Below the pieces are notes generated by a model. That model did not search any database. It was given only the letters and a program-made list of their open reading frames with translations, and was not told the DNA's origin. A stretch of 51,625 bases of DNA from Desulfobacterales bacterium (lineage in GTDB: Bacteria; Desulfobacterota; Desulfobacteria; Desulfobacterales; C00003060). Position numbers and translations under genes: made by a program. The stretch covers positions 1-51,625 of the forward strand of contig JAGMBW010000040.1 in assembly GCA_023129535.1 (NCBI GenBank), read 5' to 3'. This document shows, piece after piece, positions 1-9,156 of the stretch. Position 1 is the stretch's first letter. The number at the start of each line of letters is the position of its first letter.

Positions 1-678
1 TGTCCCATGGTCCAGAGCAATTCTTATATGGTCCGTGTGGCCCACGGGATAGACATGTCATGCGTTTTGAGTCCGGTGATTCACCTGAAATACGATCCCG
101 ATACCCTGGCGCTTGAGATTTCAGAGCAAATACAATCGAAACTTGGCGTGGGCAAGGCTGAGATAAAAAAGGCCCTTTATTATGGCCTGGACAGGCAGAA
201 TCGATTTGACAGAGAACTTTACCAGAGAGGGCGAAAGATCCTTGATGATCAGGATCCCGACGAGCCAGTCGTGGTGGTGACAGGCCGGCCGTACAATCTT
301 TATGATGAAAGGTTGAATTTGAGGCTTGGTCAGAATATGGGCAAGATCGGAGTAACCGCGCTCCCCATGGATTTCATTGATGTGTCTTCGGTAGACCTTT
401 CAGATTTTCCGTCCATGTACTGGGGACTTGGCGCTCAAGTCCTGAGGACCGCCAGATTTGTGACGGCCCATCCAAACTATTTTGGTCTCCATTTGACCAA
501 TTTTGGGTGTGGGGCGGACTCTTTTATGGAGCATTTCTACAAGTATGTGATGGGAGACAAGGCATACCTGATCCTGGAGCTTGACGAGCACAGTGGTGTG
601 GCAGGTGTTATGACGAGGCTTGAGGCCTTTAAGAATGTCGTAGAGAATACTATGCAGAAATCATTTTTGGTCGAGTAG
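1..678 (+). CDS. C-terminal part of an acyl-CoA dehydratase activase-related protein (DUF2229-like), 5' truncated by the window edge
   Basis: GRPYN, MYWG, TNFGCGADSF and LELDEHS...TRLEAF motifs typical of CoA-substrate-specific enzyme activase C-terminal domains. Confidence 0.75.
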   Translation, partial: CPMVQSNSYMVRVAHGIDMSCVLSPVIHLKYDPDTLALEISEQIQSKLGVGKAEIKKALYYGLDRQNRFDRELYQRGRKILDDQDPDEPVVVVTGRPYNLYDERLNLRLGQNMGKIGVTALPMDFIDVSSVDLSDFPSMYWGLGAQVLRTARFVTAHPNYFGLHLTNFGCGADSFMEHFYKYVMGDKAYLILELDEHSGVAGVMTRLEAFKNVVENTMQKSFLVE

Positions 679-833
679 TTAAATGGTCGAGTAGTCGAGT
701 CGTAAGGTCCTTTCGACTAGGGTCGAGTAGTTAAATAGTCGAGTAGTCGAGTCGTAAGGTCCTTAAGCCACTCGACTACTCGACCACTCGACCACTCGAC
801 TACTCGACCACTCGACCACTCGACTACTCGACC
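669..833. repeat. Inverted tandem-array element, 8-mer RGTCGAGT (669-753) / ACTCGACY (768-833)
   Basis: Read directly; the left arm contains a 44-bp direct duplication (669-712 vs 721-764) and the upstream TAG lies in the first unit. Confidence 0.95.
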
Positions 834-847
834 AATTGTGGGGCAAA

Positions 848-2200
848 ATGGAATCACAAAGGGCTGCAAATTTTCAATCGCTCACTGAAAATGTGGGCCG
901 GTTCAGTGTTAAGAACAAGACGTTCCTGATTCCTGAAATGGACAGGATAGCTGCGCATCTTATCGCGGCAACATTCAGGGGGTTTGGCATTAATGCAAAG
1001 GTCATGGACACCTATAAGGGCCTTGACCTTGGAAAGGAATACACTTCCGGCAAAGAATGTTACCCCTGCCTGATCACTACAGGAGATATCCTCTATTTTC
1101 TGAAGAAAGAACATGAGAAGCTGGGGGAGGCTTTCAATCCGGAAGATTACATCTACTTCATGCCCGAATCGGACGGACCATGCCGTTTCGGCATGTACAA
1201 CAAGTACCAGCGAATTGTCCTCGATTCTTTTGCAGAGTTCAAGGGTATAAAAATCGGTTCCCTTAGCACAAAGGATGGTTACTCACTGGCCGGCATGATT
1301 GAGAGGGGACGGGTCAGGGATCTCAGGAAAGCAAGCTATTTTTCTATGGTGGTGGCCGACATCCTCGACAGGTTGCTCTGGAAAATCAGGCCTTATGAAA
1401 AGGAATCGGGGATGACGGATGATTTTATCGAGAGATCTATGGGCGTCATGGAAGATACCTTTGAGACGTATGGGGCCAAGAAGGATTTTGATAAGATTCT
1501 TGACAAACTGGACGAGATTATTGAAGAGGGAAAAACAATTATTGATTCCAACATTCCTCCCAAACCACTTATTGGGATCGTTGGCGAGATTTACTTGAGG
1601 ACACACGTCCACGCAAATCAGCATTTGATCAGAGTCCTGGAAAGGCATGGGGCTGAGGTGATAAATGCCTCCATGGCGGAATGGATCAACTATACGACCT
1701 ATGACAGGTTGAGAGAGGCTAAAATAGGATTTCGGTTGAATCTGAAACAGCTCCGACTGGGTCCGATGAAGGAGTATTTGGGAAAAATTCTCGGGTATTG
1801 GGGGGACCTTTTGTATCAGGAATTCAGACAGAAGCAGGCCTACAAGCGGGCGAGATCGCTCATTGACCTGGCCGAAGACCACAAAATAGCACATCTGGAA
1901 GGTATCCTTAAGGAAGATGACCTGTTTACTTTTGATGTGGGCACAGAGGCGTGTTTGAGCATTGCTGGAATCATAGAATATGCCCGTGGCGGATATAACG
2001 GCGTCGTGAATGTTTACCCTTTCACCTGTATGCCCAGCACGACTACTTCAGCCATCGTAATGCCTCTCATGAACAAACTCGGAGTTCCGTATCTGGATAC
2101 TCCCTACGACTCGGGCATCCAGCCCGGAAGGGAGGCGGCCATCAGGACCTTCATGTACCAGGCGTATCAGCACTTCAAACGGCATCCGAGAAAAACCTAA
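848..2200 (+). CDS. CoA activase / 2-hydroxyacyl-CoA dehydratase-related protein
   Basis: SGKECYPC, GPCRFGMY, IGIVGEIY and PFTCMP motifs; start moved from the TTG at 836 to the ATG at 848. Confidence 0.75.
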   Translation: MESQRAANFQSLTENVGRFSVKNKTFLIPEMDRIAAHLIAATFRGFGINAKVMDTYKGLDLGKEYTSGKECYPCLITTGDILYFLKKEHEKLGEAFNPEDYIYFMPESDGPCRFGMYNKYQRIVLDSFAEFKGIKIGSLSTKDGYSLAGMIERGRVRDLRKASYFSMVVADILDRLLWKIRPYEKESGMTDDFIERSMGVMEDTFETYGAKKDFDKILDKLDEIIEEGKTIIDSNIPPKPLIGIVGEIYLRTHVHANQHLIRVLERHGAEVINASMAEWINYTTYDRLREAKIGFRLNLKQLRLGPMKEYLGKILGYWGDLLYQEFRQKQAYKRARSLIDLAEDHKIAHLEGILKEDDLFTFDVGTEACLSIAGIIEYARGGYNGVVNVYPFTCMPSTTTSAIVMPLMNKLGVPYLDTPYDSGIQPGREAAIRTFMYQAYQHFKRHPRKT

Positions 2201-2211
2201 GTTAAGTGGTT

Positions 2212-2230
2212 CAATCGTAAATCGACAATC
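2212..2230. repeat. Short orphan right arm, 7-mer AATCGNN
   Basis: caatcgtaaatcgacaatc immediately before the pilC RBS; same family as 18584-18618 and 49840-49877. Confidence 0.6.
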
Positions 2231-2245
2231 AAAAGAGGGTGAACT

Positions 2246-3457
2246 ATGGCTGTCTATCTGTGGAAAGGAGAAGACAGGAAGGGGGCTGTCCAGAAGGGTG
2301 AAATAGAGGCCCCTGATGAGAGTAGCGTGCGTGCACAGTTACGTCGCATGCACATAAGAGCTACGAAGATAAAGAAAAAACCGAAGGATCTTTTTGGAAA
2401 CGTCTCCTTCATGCAGCCCAAGGTGACAACGGTCGATGTGGTGGTGTTTGCAAGGCAATTTGCAACCATGATCAATGCCGGACTCCCGCTGATTCAGAGC
2501 CTCGACATTCTCCAGTCCCAGCAAGAGAACAAGACCTTCAAGAAGGTTTTGAAGGAGATCAAGGAGAGTGTGGAAGAGGGCTCAACCCTTGCAGAGGCTA
2601 TAGGAAAATACCCGAAGATATTTGATGACCTTTTTATTAACATGGTTGCGGCAGGAGAGGTAGGCGGTATCTTAGATACCATTTTGAACCGTCTTTCGGC
2701 TTACATGGAAAAGGCTATGAAGCTCAAGAAACAGGTCAAGGGAGCCATGACCTACCCTATAATCGTCCTGGTTATTGCCTTTATAGTCATCGCTGTGATC
2801 TTAGTCTTTGTAATTCCGGTTTTTGAGAAGATGTTTGCTGATTTTGGGGGGGCCCTTCCAGCCCCCACCCAGATTGTGGTGAACCTGAGCAGGTTTGCCA
2901 AAGGGAATATCCATTACATGATCGGCGCGGTCATTGTCTTTGTTTTTGCATTCAAGAGATTTTATGGCACTGAAAAGGGGCGTGTCATTATGGACGACGT
3001 GATGCTCAAGCTGCCTGTCTTCGGCCCTCTATTGCGCAAGGTCGCTGTGGCCAAATTTACGCGGACCATGGGCACCATGCTCAGCAGCGGAGTGCCCATC
3101 CTGGAGGCGCTGGACATTGTGGCAAAGACGGCAGGAAATAAGACCGTTGAGGCGGCTATCTACAACGTCCGATCCGGTATCACCGAGGGACGCACCATGG
3201 CAGATCCTCTGGGTGAGAGTGGTGTGTTTCCATCCATGGTGGTTCAGATGGTGGCAGTGGGAGAATCGACAGGGGCCCTGGATTCCATGCTGGGAAAGAT
3301 AGCCGATTTTTACGATGATGAGGTGGATGCAGCAGTTGAGAGTCTGACATCCATGATTGAGCCTTTTATGATGGTCTTTTTGGGTACGACTATCGGCGGG
3401 CTGGTTGTTTCCATGTATTTGCCCATCTTCAAGATGGCGGGCATGGTTGGTGGATAG
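2246..3457 (+). CDS. pilC: Type IV pilus platform protein PilC (GspF family)
   Basis: FARQFATMINAGLPL, AGEVGG, AMTYP, GESTG and IEP motifs. Confidence 0.93.
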   Translation: MAVYLWKGEDRKGAVQKGEIEAPDESSVRAQLRRMHIRATKIKKKPKDLFGNVSFMQPKVTTVDVVVFARQFATMINAGLPLIQSLDILQSQQENKTFKKVLKEIKESVEEGSTLAEAIGKYPKIFDDLFINMVAAGEVGGILDTILNRLSAYMEKAMKLKKQVKGAMTYPIIVLVIAFIVIAVILVFVIPVFEKMFADFGGALPAPTQIVVNLSRFAKGNIHYMIGAVIVFVFAFKRFYGTEKGRVIMDDVMLKLPVFGPLLRKVAVAKFTRTMGTMLSSGVPILEALDIVAKTAGNKTVEAAIYNVRSGITEGRTMADPLGESGVFPSMVVQMVAVGESTGALDSMLGKIADFYDDEVDAAVESLTSMIEPFMMVFLGTTIGGLVVSMYLPIFKMAGMVGG

Positions 3458-3462
3458 GGCGA

Positions 3463-5136
3463 GTGTATAAAGCAGAAATTTCAGACAAATACTCGCCTGG
3501 AAGAGTCCAGTGGCTGATGTTTTTGCGACTGGTATTTGTCACCGTTCTTCTCGGTTCAAGCATCCTGGTCCAATTCAAGGAACGTGAATCCCTCATTGCC
3601 CCCCCTCTCTTAGTGCTCTATGGCCTGATTGCAAGTGTCTACATCATCACCTTTATCTACATTGTGGTCTTCAAGCTCCTCGGGTCCAGTCTCAGGTTTT
3701 CCTATATCCAAATCGGGCTGGACACCCTGTTTGTCACTCTTCTGATCTATGTGACCGGGAGCATTGCCAGTGTGTTTTCCTTCCTTTACTTAGTGGTTAT
3801 TGTTTACGCCAGTATTTTTCTTTACAAACGGGGGAGCCTGATTATGGCGACCCTTTGCAGCATACAGTACGGAGTCATGATAGATCTGGAATATTATGGC
3901 ATTTTGGAGCCGTTCTATACCTCGGCCAGCACAAGTATACAGGCATACGAGGAACCCTATGTGCTTTTTAAGATCATGATGACGATGGTGGCATGCTTCC
4001 TGGTCGCTTTTTTGAGCAGCTCTCTTGCGCAACAGACGCTCAGGACGGAGAAAGAGCTGAAGGCGAAACAAAAAGATCTGGAACAGTTGGAGGCCATAAA
4101 TGCCAGTATTGTACAGAGCATGGATAGCGGGCTTCTTACATTGAACCCTGCAGGCATCATCAGTACCTTTAACCCAGCCGCTGAGGTGATTACGGGGTTT
4201 GGTCGACAGGACGTGGTGGGAAAGCCCCTGTCAAGCATATTTTCCGATGTGGTTCAGCATATGGCCTCATCGGAGGCTGCCGTGAAAAGGAAACCATACC
4301 GTTATGATGTAGAGTTCAAGAGAAAGGACGGGACGGTGGGTTACCTGGGTTTTTCCACGTCTTCATTGAAGGAGCCTGATGGAAAATCTACAGGTAAGGT
4401 TCTCATTTTTCAAGATTTAACCGCGTTCAAAAACATGGAGGAGCATATCAAGCGGGTGGAGAAGCTGGCCGCGATTGGAGAGATGGCCGCTGGAATTGCC
4501 CATGAGATAAAGAATCCGCTGGCATCCATGAGCGGGTCGATTCAGCTGCTCAGCAAAGGAGTCGACATCACGCCTGTGGCCAGAAAACTCATGGGCATCG
4601 TGCTGAGGGAGGCCGACCGGCTTAACGCCCTGGCTAATGATTTTCTCCTGTTTGCACGTCCCGGTCCTGATAAAGTAGAACCTGTGGATCTGAGTTCAAC
4701 CATTGCCGACACATTGGAGCTTTTTAAGAAAAATAAGATTTGCCAGAACAGGATCACTGTGGACCAGGATCTTGCACCCGACGTGTGGACAGAGATGGAC
4801 CCCAAACATGCACGCCAGGTTCTGTGGAACTTATTTTTGAATGCTGCTCAGGCTATTGATGGAATGGGAACGGTGCAAGCGTCCTCGAGGACAGTTGACA
4901 ATATAGTTCAAGTCACTGTGAAAGACGACGGCTGTGGCATGTCCGAAGAGACGATCAGCAAAATCTTCGATCCCTTTTTTACTACCAAGACCCGTGGAAC
5001 TGGCTTGGGACTTTCTATTGTCCACAGGCTTCTGGAATCCTACAATGGACGACTGGACGTTCAGAGTCGACAGGGCCAGGGGAGCATCTTCACCGTACAC
5101 CTCAAGAGAATAGACCCACCGGGCCTTTTATCTTGA
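3463..5136 (+). CDS. pilS: PilS-like membrane sensor histidine kinase (TM-PAS-HisKA-HATPase)
   Basis: Multiple N-terminal TM helices, AHEIKNPL H-box, NAAQA, DDGCG, FFTTK and GTGLGL boxes; directly follows pilC. Confidence 0.8.
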   Translation: MYKAEISDKYSPGRVQWLMFLRLVFVTVLLGSSILVQFKERESLIAPPLLVLYGLIASVYIITFIYIVVFKLLGSSLRFSYIQIGLDTLFVTLLIYVTGSIASVFSFLYLVVIVYASIFLYKRGSLIMATLCSIQYGVMIDLEYYGILEPFYTSASTSIQAYEEPYVLFKIMMTMVACFLVAFLSSSLAQQTLRTEKELKAKQKDLEQLEAINASIVQSMDSGLLTLNPAGIISTFNPAAEVITGFGRQDVVGKPLSSIFSDVVQHMASSEAAVKRKPYRYDVEFKRKDGTVGYLGFSTSSLKEPDGKSTGKVLIFQDLTAFKNMEEHIKRVEKLAAIGEMAAGIAHEIKNPLASMSGSIQLLSKGVDITPVARKLMGIVLREADRLNALANDFLLFARPGPDKVEPVDLSSTIADTLELFKKNKICQNRITVDQDLAPDVWTEMDPKHARQVLWNLFLNAAQAIDGMGTVQASSRTVDNIVQVTVKDDGCGMSEETISKIFDPFFTTKTRGTGLGLSIVHRLLESYNGRLDVQSRQGQGSIFTVHLKRIDPPGLLS

Positions 5137-5165
5137 CACCTCCAGGCAAATACGTTAGCTCAATC

Positions 5166-5369
5166 GCAAAGCGCAGAGCGCATAGAGCATAGCGCAAAGC
5201 GCATAGAGCAGAGCGCATAGAGCAAAGCGCAAAGCGCAGAGCGCATAGAGCATAGAGCAAAGCGCAGAGCGCATAGAGCGAAGCGAAAGAACAAAGAATT
5301 CCGACGCCATGCGCTATGCGTAAAATAACGAATAACGAATAACGGATAACGAATAACGGATAACGGATA
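5166..5369. repeat. About 17 copies of 7-mer GCANAGM (5166-5284), short reverse arm CGCYATG (5305-5320), then an RATAACG array (5324-5369)
   Basis: Read directly between pilS and lysS. Confidence 0.95.
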
Positions 5370-5376
5370 CAGCATT

Positions 5377-6855
5377 ATGGATGAAACGAGTGAAGTAATC
5401 CGCCAGCGACATGAGAAGGCAAGGGCGCTGGCTGATCAGGATATTGAGCTTTATCCCAACGACTTCAAGGTGTCACACACGGTTGATGGACTAAAAAACT
5501 ACATTCATCACCACGCAGGGGCCGTGGACAGCGGGGCTGTCTTTTCCATGGCAGGCCGCATAACGGGGCTCAGGTGTTTTGGAAAGGCGACCTTCATTCA
5601 TTTCAGAGATTATACAGGACAGTTTCAGGCCTACATAAAACAAGACGGGATTGGCAAGGAGGCATACGCCTTATTCAAACAGTTTGATGTTGGCGACTTT
5701 ATTGGCATTAAAGGGAATGTGTTTCAGACCAGGACCGGTGAATGGACCGTTTTGGCCAAGGAGATTCGACTCCTTTGCAAGGCTATCAGGCCTCTTCCCG
5801 AGAAGTTCCATGGATTGAGGGATCCAGAAAAACGTTACCGTCAAAGATACCTTGATCTCATCATGAACCCGAATGTTCGCGACATCTTTATCAAGAGGGC
5901 TCAGATCATTCAAGCCTTCCGGGATTTTCTCTTGGGGCGAGGCTTCTTGGAGGTGGAGACACCTATGATGCAACCCATACCTGGGGGGGCTGAGGCAACC
6001 CCTTTCAACACCTTCCACGATGCCCTGGGGATGGAGCTTTTTTTACGGATTGCACCGGAGCTTTACCTGAAGCGATTAGTGATAGGGGGATTTGATCGAG
6101 TCTTTGAAATTAATCGCAGTTTTAGAAACGAGGGGATTTCAACTCAACACAATCCCGAGTTTACCATGTTGGAGTTCTATCAAGCTTACGCGACCCATAA
6201 GGACCTCATGGTCCTGACCGAGGAGATGTTTAGGTTCGTGACGCGGCAGGTTTTGGGACGGACGCATTTCACGTATCAGGGGAACACGATTGATATGACC
6301 GGGGCGTGGCGTCGGTTAACGCTGCTAAATGCTTTGAGCGAACTGGGCGGCATTGAAGCTTCCATGTTGGATGATCGACATCGTTTACTCGATTTTGCCA
6401 GATCAGAAGGGATTGAGATTAGAAAAACAAGGCGAGTTGGCAAGATCCTGACGAAACTATTTGATGTGTTGGTAGAACCAAAGCTCATTGAACCAACGTT
6501 TGTTGTGGGCTATCCTGTGGAGATTTCACCCCTTGCCAGGAGGAGCAGTTCAGACTCTAACATGACTGAGCGATTTGAGCTCTTTATTGGAGGGCGGGAG
6601 ATTGCTAACGGGTTTTCGGAACTAAACGATCCGGTTGACCAGAAAAGGCGCTTCCTGGATCAAGTCGCAGACAGAGAGGCTGGTGAGCAAGAAGCTCACT
6701 GTATGGATGAAGATTACGTCATGGCACTGGAATACGGGATGCCTCCGACAGCGGGCGAAGGTGTTGGGATTGACCGATTTGTGATGTTGTTGACCAATGC
6801 GGTCTCTATTCGTGAAGTGATCCTCTTTCCACAGTTGAAGAACATTGGTCATTAG
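5377..6855 (+). CDS. lysS: Lysine--tRNA ligase (class II)
   Basis: RYRQRYLDL, LRIAPELYLKRL, FRNEG, HNPEF and YGMPPTAGEGVGIDR motifs. Confidence 0.97.
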   Translation: MDETSEVIRQRHEKARALADQDIELYPNDFKVSHTVDGLKNYIHHHAGAVDSGAVFSMAGRITGLRCFGKATFIHFRDYTGQFQAYIKQDGIGKEAYALFKQFDVGDFIGIKGNVFQTRTGEWTVLAKEIRLLCKAIRPLPEKFHGLRDPEKRYRQRYLDLIMNPNVRDIFIKRAQIIQAFRDFLLGRGFLEVETPMMQPIPGGAEATPFNTFHDALGMELFLRIAPELYLKRLVIGGFDRVFEINRSFRNEGISTQHNPEFTMLEFYQAYATHKDLMVLTEEMFRFVTRQVLGRTHFTYQGNTIDMTGAWRRLTLLNALSELGGIEASMLDDRHRLLDFARSEGIEIRKTRRVGKILTKLFDVLVEPKLIEPTFVVGYPVEISPLARRSSSDSNMTERFELFIGGREIANGFSELNDPVDQKRRFLDQVADREAGEQEAHCMDEDYVMALEYGMPPTAGEGVGIDRFVMLLTNAVSIREVILFPQLKNIGH

Positions 6856-6997
6856 TCATTGGTGAATACTGGTAATTGGAGTATTGGAGTGATGGAGTAC
6901 TGGAGTGATGGGTTTAGAGGAACAGAAAAAACAATTTTTACCGCTTTTACCAGCCACTACTCCAGTACTCCAGTACTCCAATACTCCATTACTCCAT
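6843..6997. repeat. TTRGTCA stub over the lysS stop, then inverted element TGGAGTNN (6877-6912) / 46-bp core / NNACTCCA (6954-6997)
   Basis: Read directly; the core is homologous to 9051-9096 in inverted orientation. Confidence 0.95.
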
Positions 6998-7072
6998 CTG
7001 AATGGCATGAATCAATCGCCACCGAAAGATCTATAATCTTAATGAATTGTAGAATCTACGAGACATCGAGTT

Positions 7073-8302
7073 ATGTCATTTGAAGTCTTTGTCGGTCTTC
7101 GATATCTTCGGGCCAGACGAAAGCAGGCTTTTATTTCGGTTATCACATTCATTTCCATCGCAGGGGTGATGCTTGGAGTAATGGCTATGATGGTAGTACT
7201 GGCGGTGATGACCGGGTTCGGAGCCGACATCAAGTCCAAGATACTGGGTGCAAATGCCCATATTAGGGTCATGAGCCTCACTGGCAAGTTAGACAAACAT
7301 GATGAGGTCATGACAAGGATTGAGGCCGTGGAGGGTGTGGAAGCCACAGCGCCTTTTATCTACAGCCAGGTCATGCTGCGTTGTGGTTCCCGTGTTTCCG
7401 GGGCAATCTTGAGAGGGATTGATCCTTCGCGGGCCGGACGGGTCGTAGAGCTGGAAAAGAGTGTGAAGGACACAGACTTGCGGGCTTTGGGGGGCCCGGA
7501 TGTGCCACCCGGTATCATTCTGGGAAAGGAGCTTTCCCGGTTATTGATGGCCTTCACAGGAGACGAAGTCTACGTGGTGTCCCCCGTCGGTGGTAGCCTG
7601 ACACCCATGGGAGCACGCATACCCTATATGAAGAAGTTCAGGGTTGTGGGCCTTTTTGATTCAGGCATGTACGACTATGACACATCTTTTGCTTACGTTT
7701 CCATTGAGTCGGCCCGGCAGATTCTAAGACTCGGGCAGTCGGTTCATGGCATAGAGGTTAAGGTGGATGACATTTATAGTGTTACTAAGATCTCAAGGTC
7801 TGTACTCGATCGTCTCGGTACTGGTTATTGGACACAGGACTGGATGGAGATGAACAAGAATTTTTTCTCGGCCTTGAAACTGGAAAAGATCGTGATGTTT
7901 ATCATCCTGGTCTTGATTATTCTGGTAGCCGCCTTCAATATCATTAGTACCTTGATCATGATGGTCATGGAGAAAACCAAAGATATTGCTATCCTAAAAT
8001 CTATGGGTGCCACGAGTAAAAGCGTCATGAAGATTTTTATGCTGGACGGTCTTGTCATAGGCGTTGTAGGCACCATCTTCGGAATCATGGGAGGGAGCGT
8101 GCTTTGTTTCTTGTTGAAGCGTTACGAATTCGTGAAGCTTCCGAGCGATGTTTACTATATTTCTACGCTTCCGGTGAGGGTGCAGGTTTTCGACGTGGCC
8201 CTGATAGCCCTGTCTGCTATAGCTATCAGCTTTTTGGCTACACTCTATCCTTCCTATCAGGCCTCCAGATTGGACCCTGCGGCAGCCATCAGATATGAAT
8301 AG
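7073..8302 (+). CDS. lolE: Lipoprotein-releasing ABC transporter permease LolC/E
   Basis: RYLRARRK N-terminus, VMTGF, AAFNIISTL, IAILKSMGA and LYPS...LDP motifs. Confidence 0.92.
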   Translation: MSFEVFVGLRYLRARRKQAFISVITFISIAGVMLGVMAMMVVLAVMTGFGADIKSKILGANAHIRVMSLTGKLDKHDEVMTRIEAVEGVEATAPFIYSQVMLRCGSRVSGAILRGIDPSRAGRVVELEKSVKDTDLRALGGPDVPPGIILGKELSRLLMAFTGDEVYVVSPVGGSLTPMGARIPYMKKFRVVGLFDSGMYDYDTSFAYVSIESARQILRLGQSVHGIEVKVDDIYSVTKISRSVLDRLGTGYWTQDWMEMNKNFFSALKLEKIVMFIILVLIILVAAFNIISTLIMMVMEKTKDIAILKSMGATSKSVMKIFMLDGLVIGVVGTIFGIMGGSVLCFLLKRYEFVKLPSDVYYISTLPVRVQVFDVALIALSAIAISFLATLYPSYQASRLDPAAAIRYE

Positions 8303-8984
8303 CCAGCAGCCATTGATAAGTCTGAGAGATGTCAGGAAATCATTTATTACCAATGGTAATCGCCTGGATGTGCTGCAAGGTGTGGACCTCGACATTTATG
8401 AGGGTGAGATGGTCGCTATTGCGGGGGCTTCCGGTGTGGGCAAGTCAACCCTTCTCCATGTGCTGGGTACTCTGGAACGACCAGACCATGGCGAGGTCCT
8501 TTATCAGGGAGAACGAGTTTTCACTTACGATGAGCAAAGGCTTGCCTCTTTTCGCAATGAGACCATCGGTTTTGTGTTTCAATTTCACCACCTGCTGCCA
8601 GAATTCAACGCCCTGGAAAACACTATGATGCCTGCCTTGATTAAGGGTATGAATCCCAAAGAGGCGTGTGAGCTGGCCGAAGCGATCTTAACCTGGGTGG
8701 GCCTGAAGGATCGCCTGAGACATCATGTGGGGAAACTGTCAGGGGGAGAGCAGCAGAGGGTGGCTGTGGCCAGGTCTCTGGTATTGAAACCATCCATCCT
8801 GTTGGCGGATGAGCCCACTGGTAATCTGGATGTCAGGACTGGTGAGTCGATACATGATCTTTTGGTCTCATTGAACCGTGATGAGGGCATTACAGCGGTA
8901 GTCGTTACCCACAATATGAGGTTAGCTGAGAAGTTATCCCGCAGGGTGACACTGGTAGACGGAAAGGTAGTGGGAGTCGATTAA
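8295..8984 (+). CDS. lolD: Lipoprotein-releasing ABC transporter ATPase LolD
   Basis: GASGVGKS, FVFQFHHLL, LSGGEQQR and DEPTGNLD; overlaps lolE. Confidence 0.93.
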   Translation: MNSQQPLISLRDVRKSFITNGNRLDVLQGVDLDIYEGEMVAIAGASGVGKSTLLHVLGTLERPDHGEVLYQGERVFTYDEQRLASFRNETIGFVFQFHHLLPEFNALENTMMPALIKGMNPKEACELAEAILTWVGLKDRLRHHVGKLSGGEQQRVAVARSLVLKPSILLADEPTGNLDVRTGESIHDLLVSLNRDEGITAVVVTHNMRLAEKLSRRVTLVDGKVVGVD

Positions 8985-8985
8985 A

Positions 8986-9130
8986 TGGAGTGTTGGAGTA
9001 CTGGAGTGTTGGAGTACTGGAGTGTTGGAGTACTGGAGTGTTGGAGTACTGGATGGTAAAAGCGGGGAAAATTATTCTTGTTATTGCTCTAAACCCATTA
9101 CTCCATTACTTCATTACTCCATTACTCCAA
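8986..9130. repeat. Inverted element (TGGAGTGT TGGAGTAC)x4 / 46-bp core / ATTACTCC array
   Basis: Read directly between lolD and bamA. Confidence 0.95.
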
Positions 9131-9156
9131 TCGTGAGCGGAGCGAACAAAGTTCAG

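Noticed and set aside
5133-5161. Promoter for lysS at the TTGACA overlapping the pilS stop
   Set aside because: The -10 box at 16-18 bp spacing is poor, so it is not reported as a feature.
5160-5375. 71-aa Cys/Arg-rich minus-strand ORF, and similar ORFs at 6859-7083, 20972-21191, 28587-28820, 29800-30039, 46754-46993 and 47128-47367
   Set aside because: They are translations of repeat arrays or palindromic elements with no family motifs.
9022-9156. N-terminal extension of BamA in the ORF track, and similar extensions of skp (11976) and lptG (22455)
   Set aside because: The extensions are repeat-encoded; better starts with a signal peptide or RBS lie downstream.
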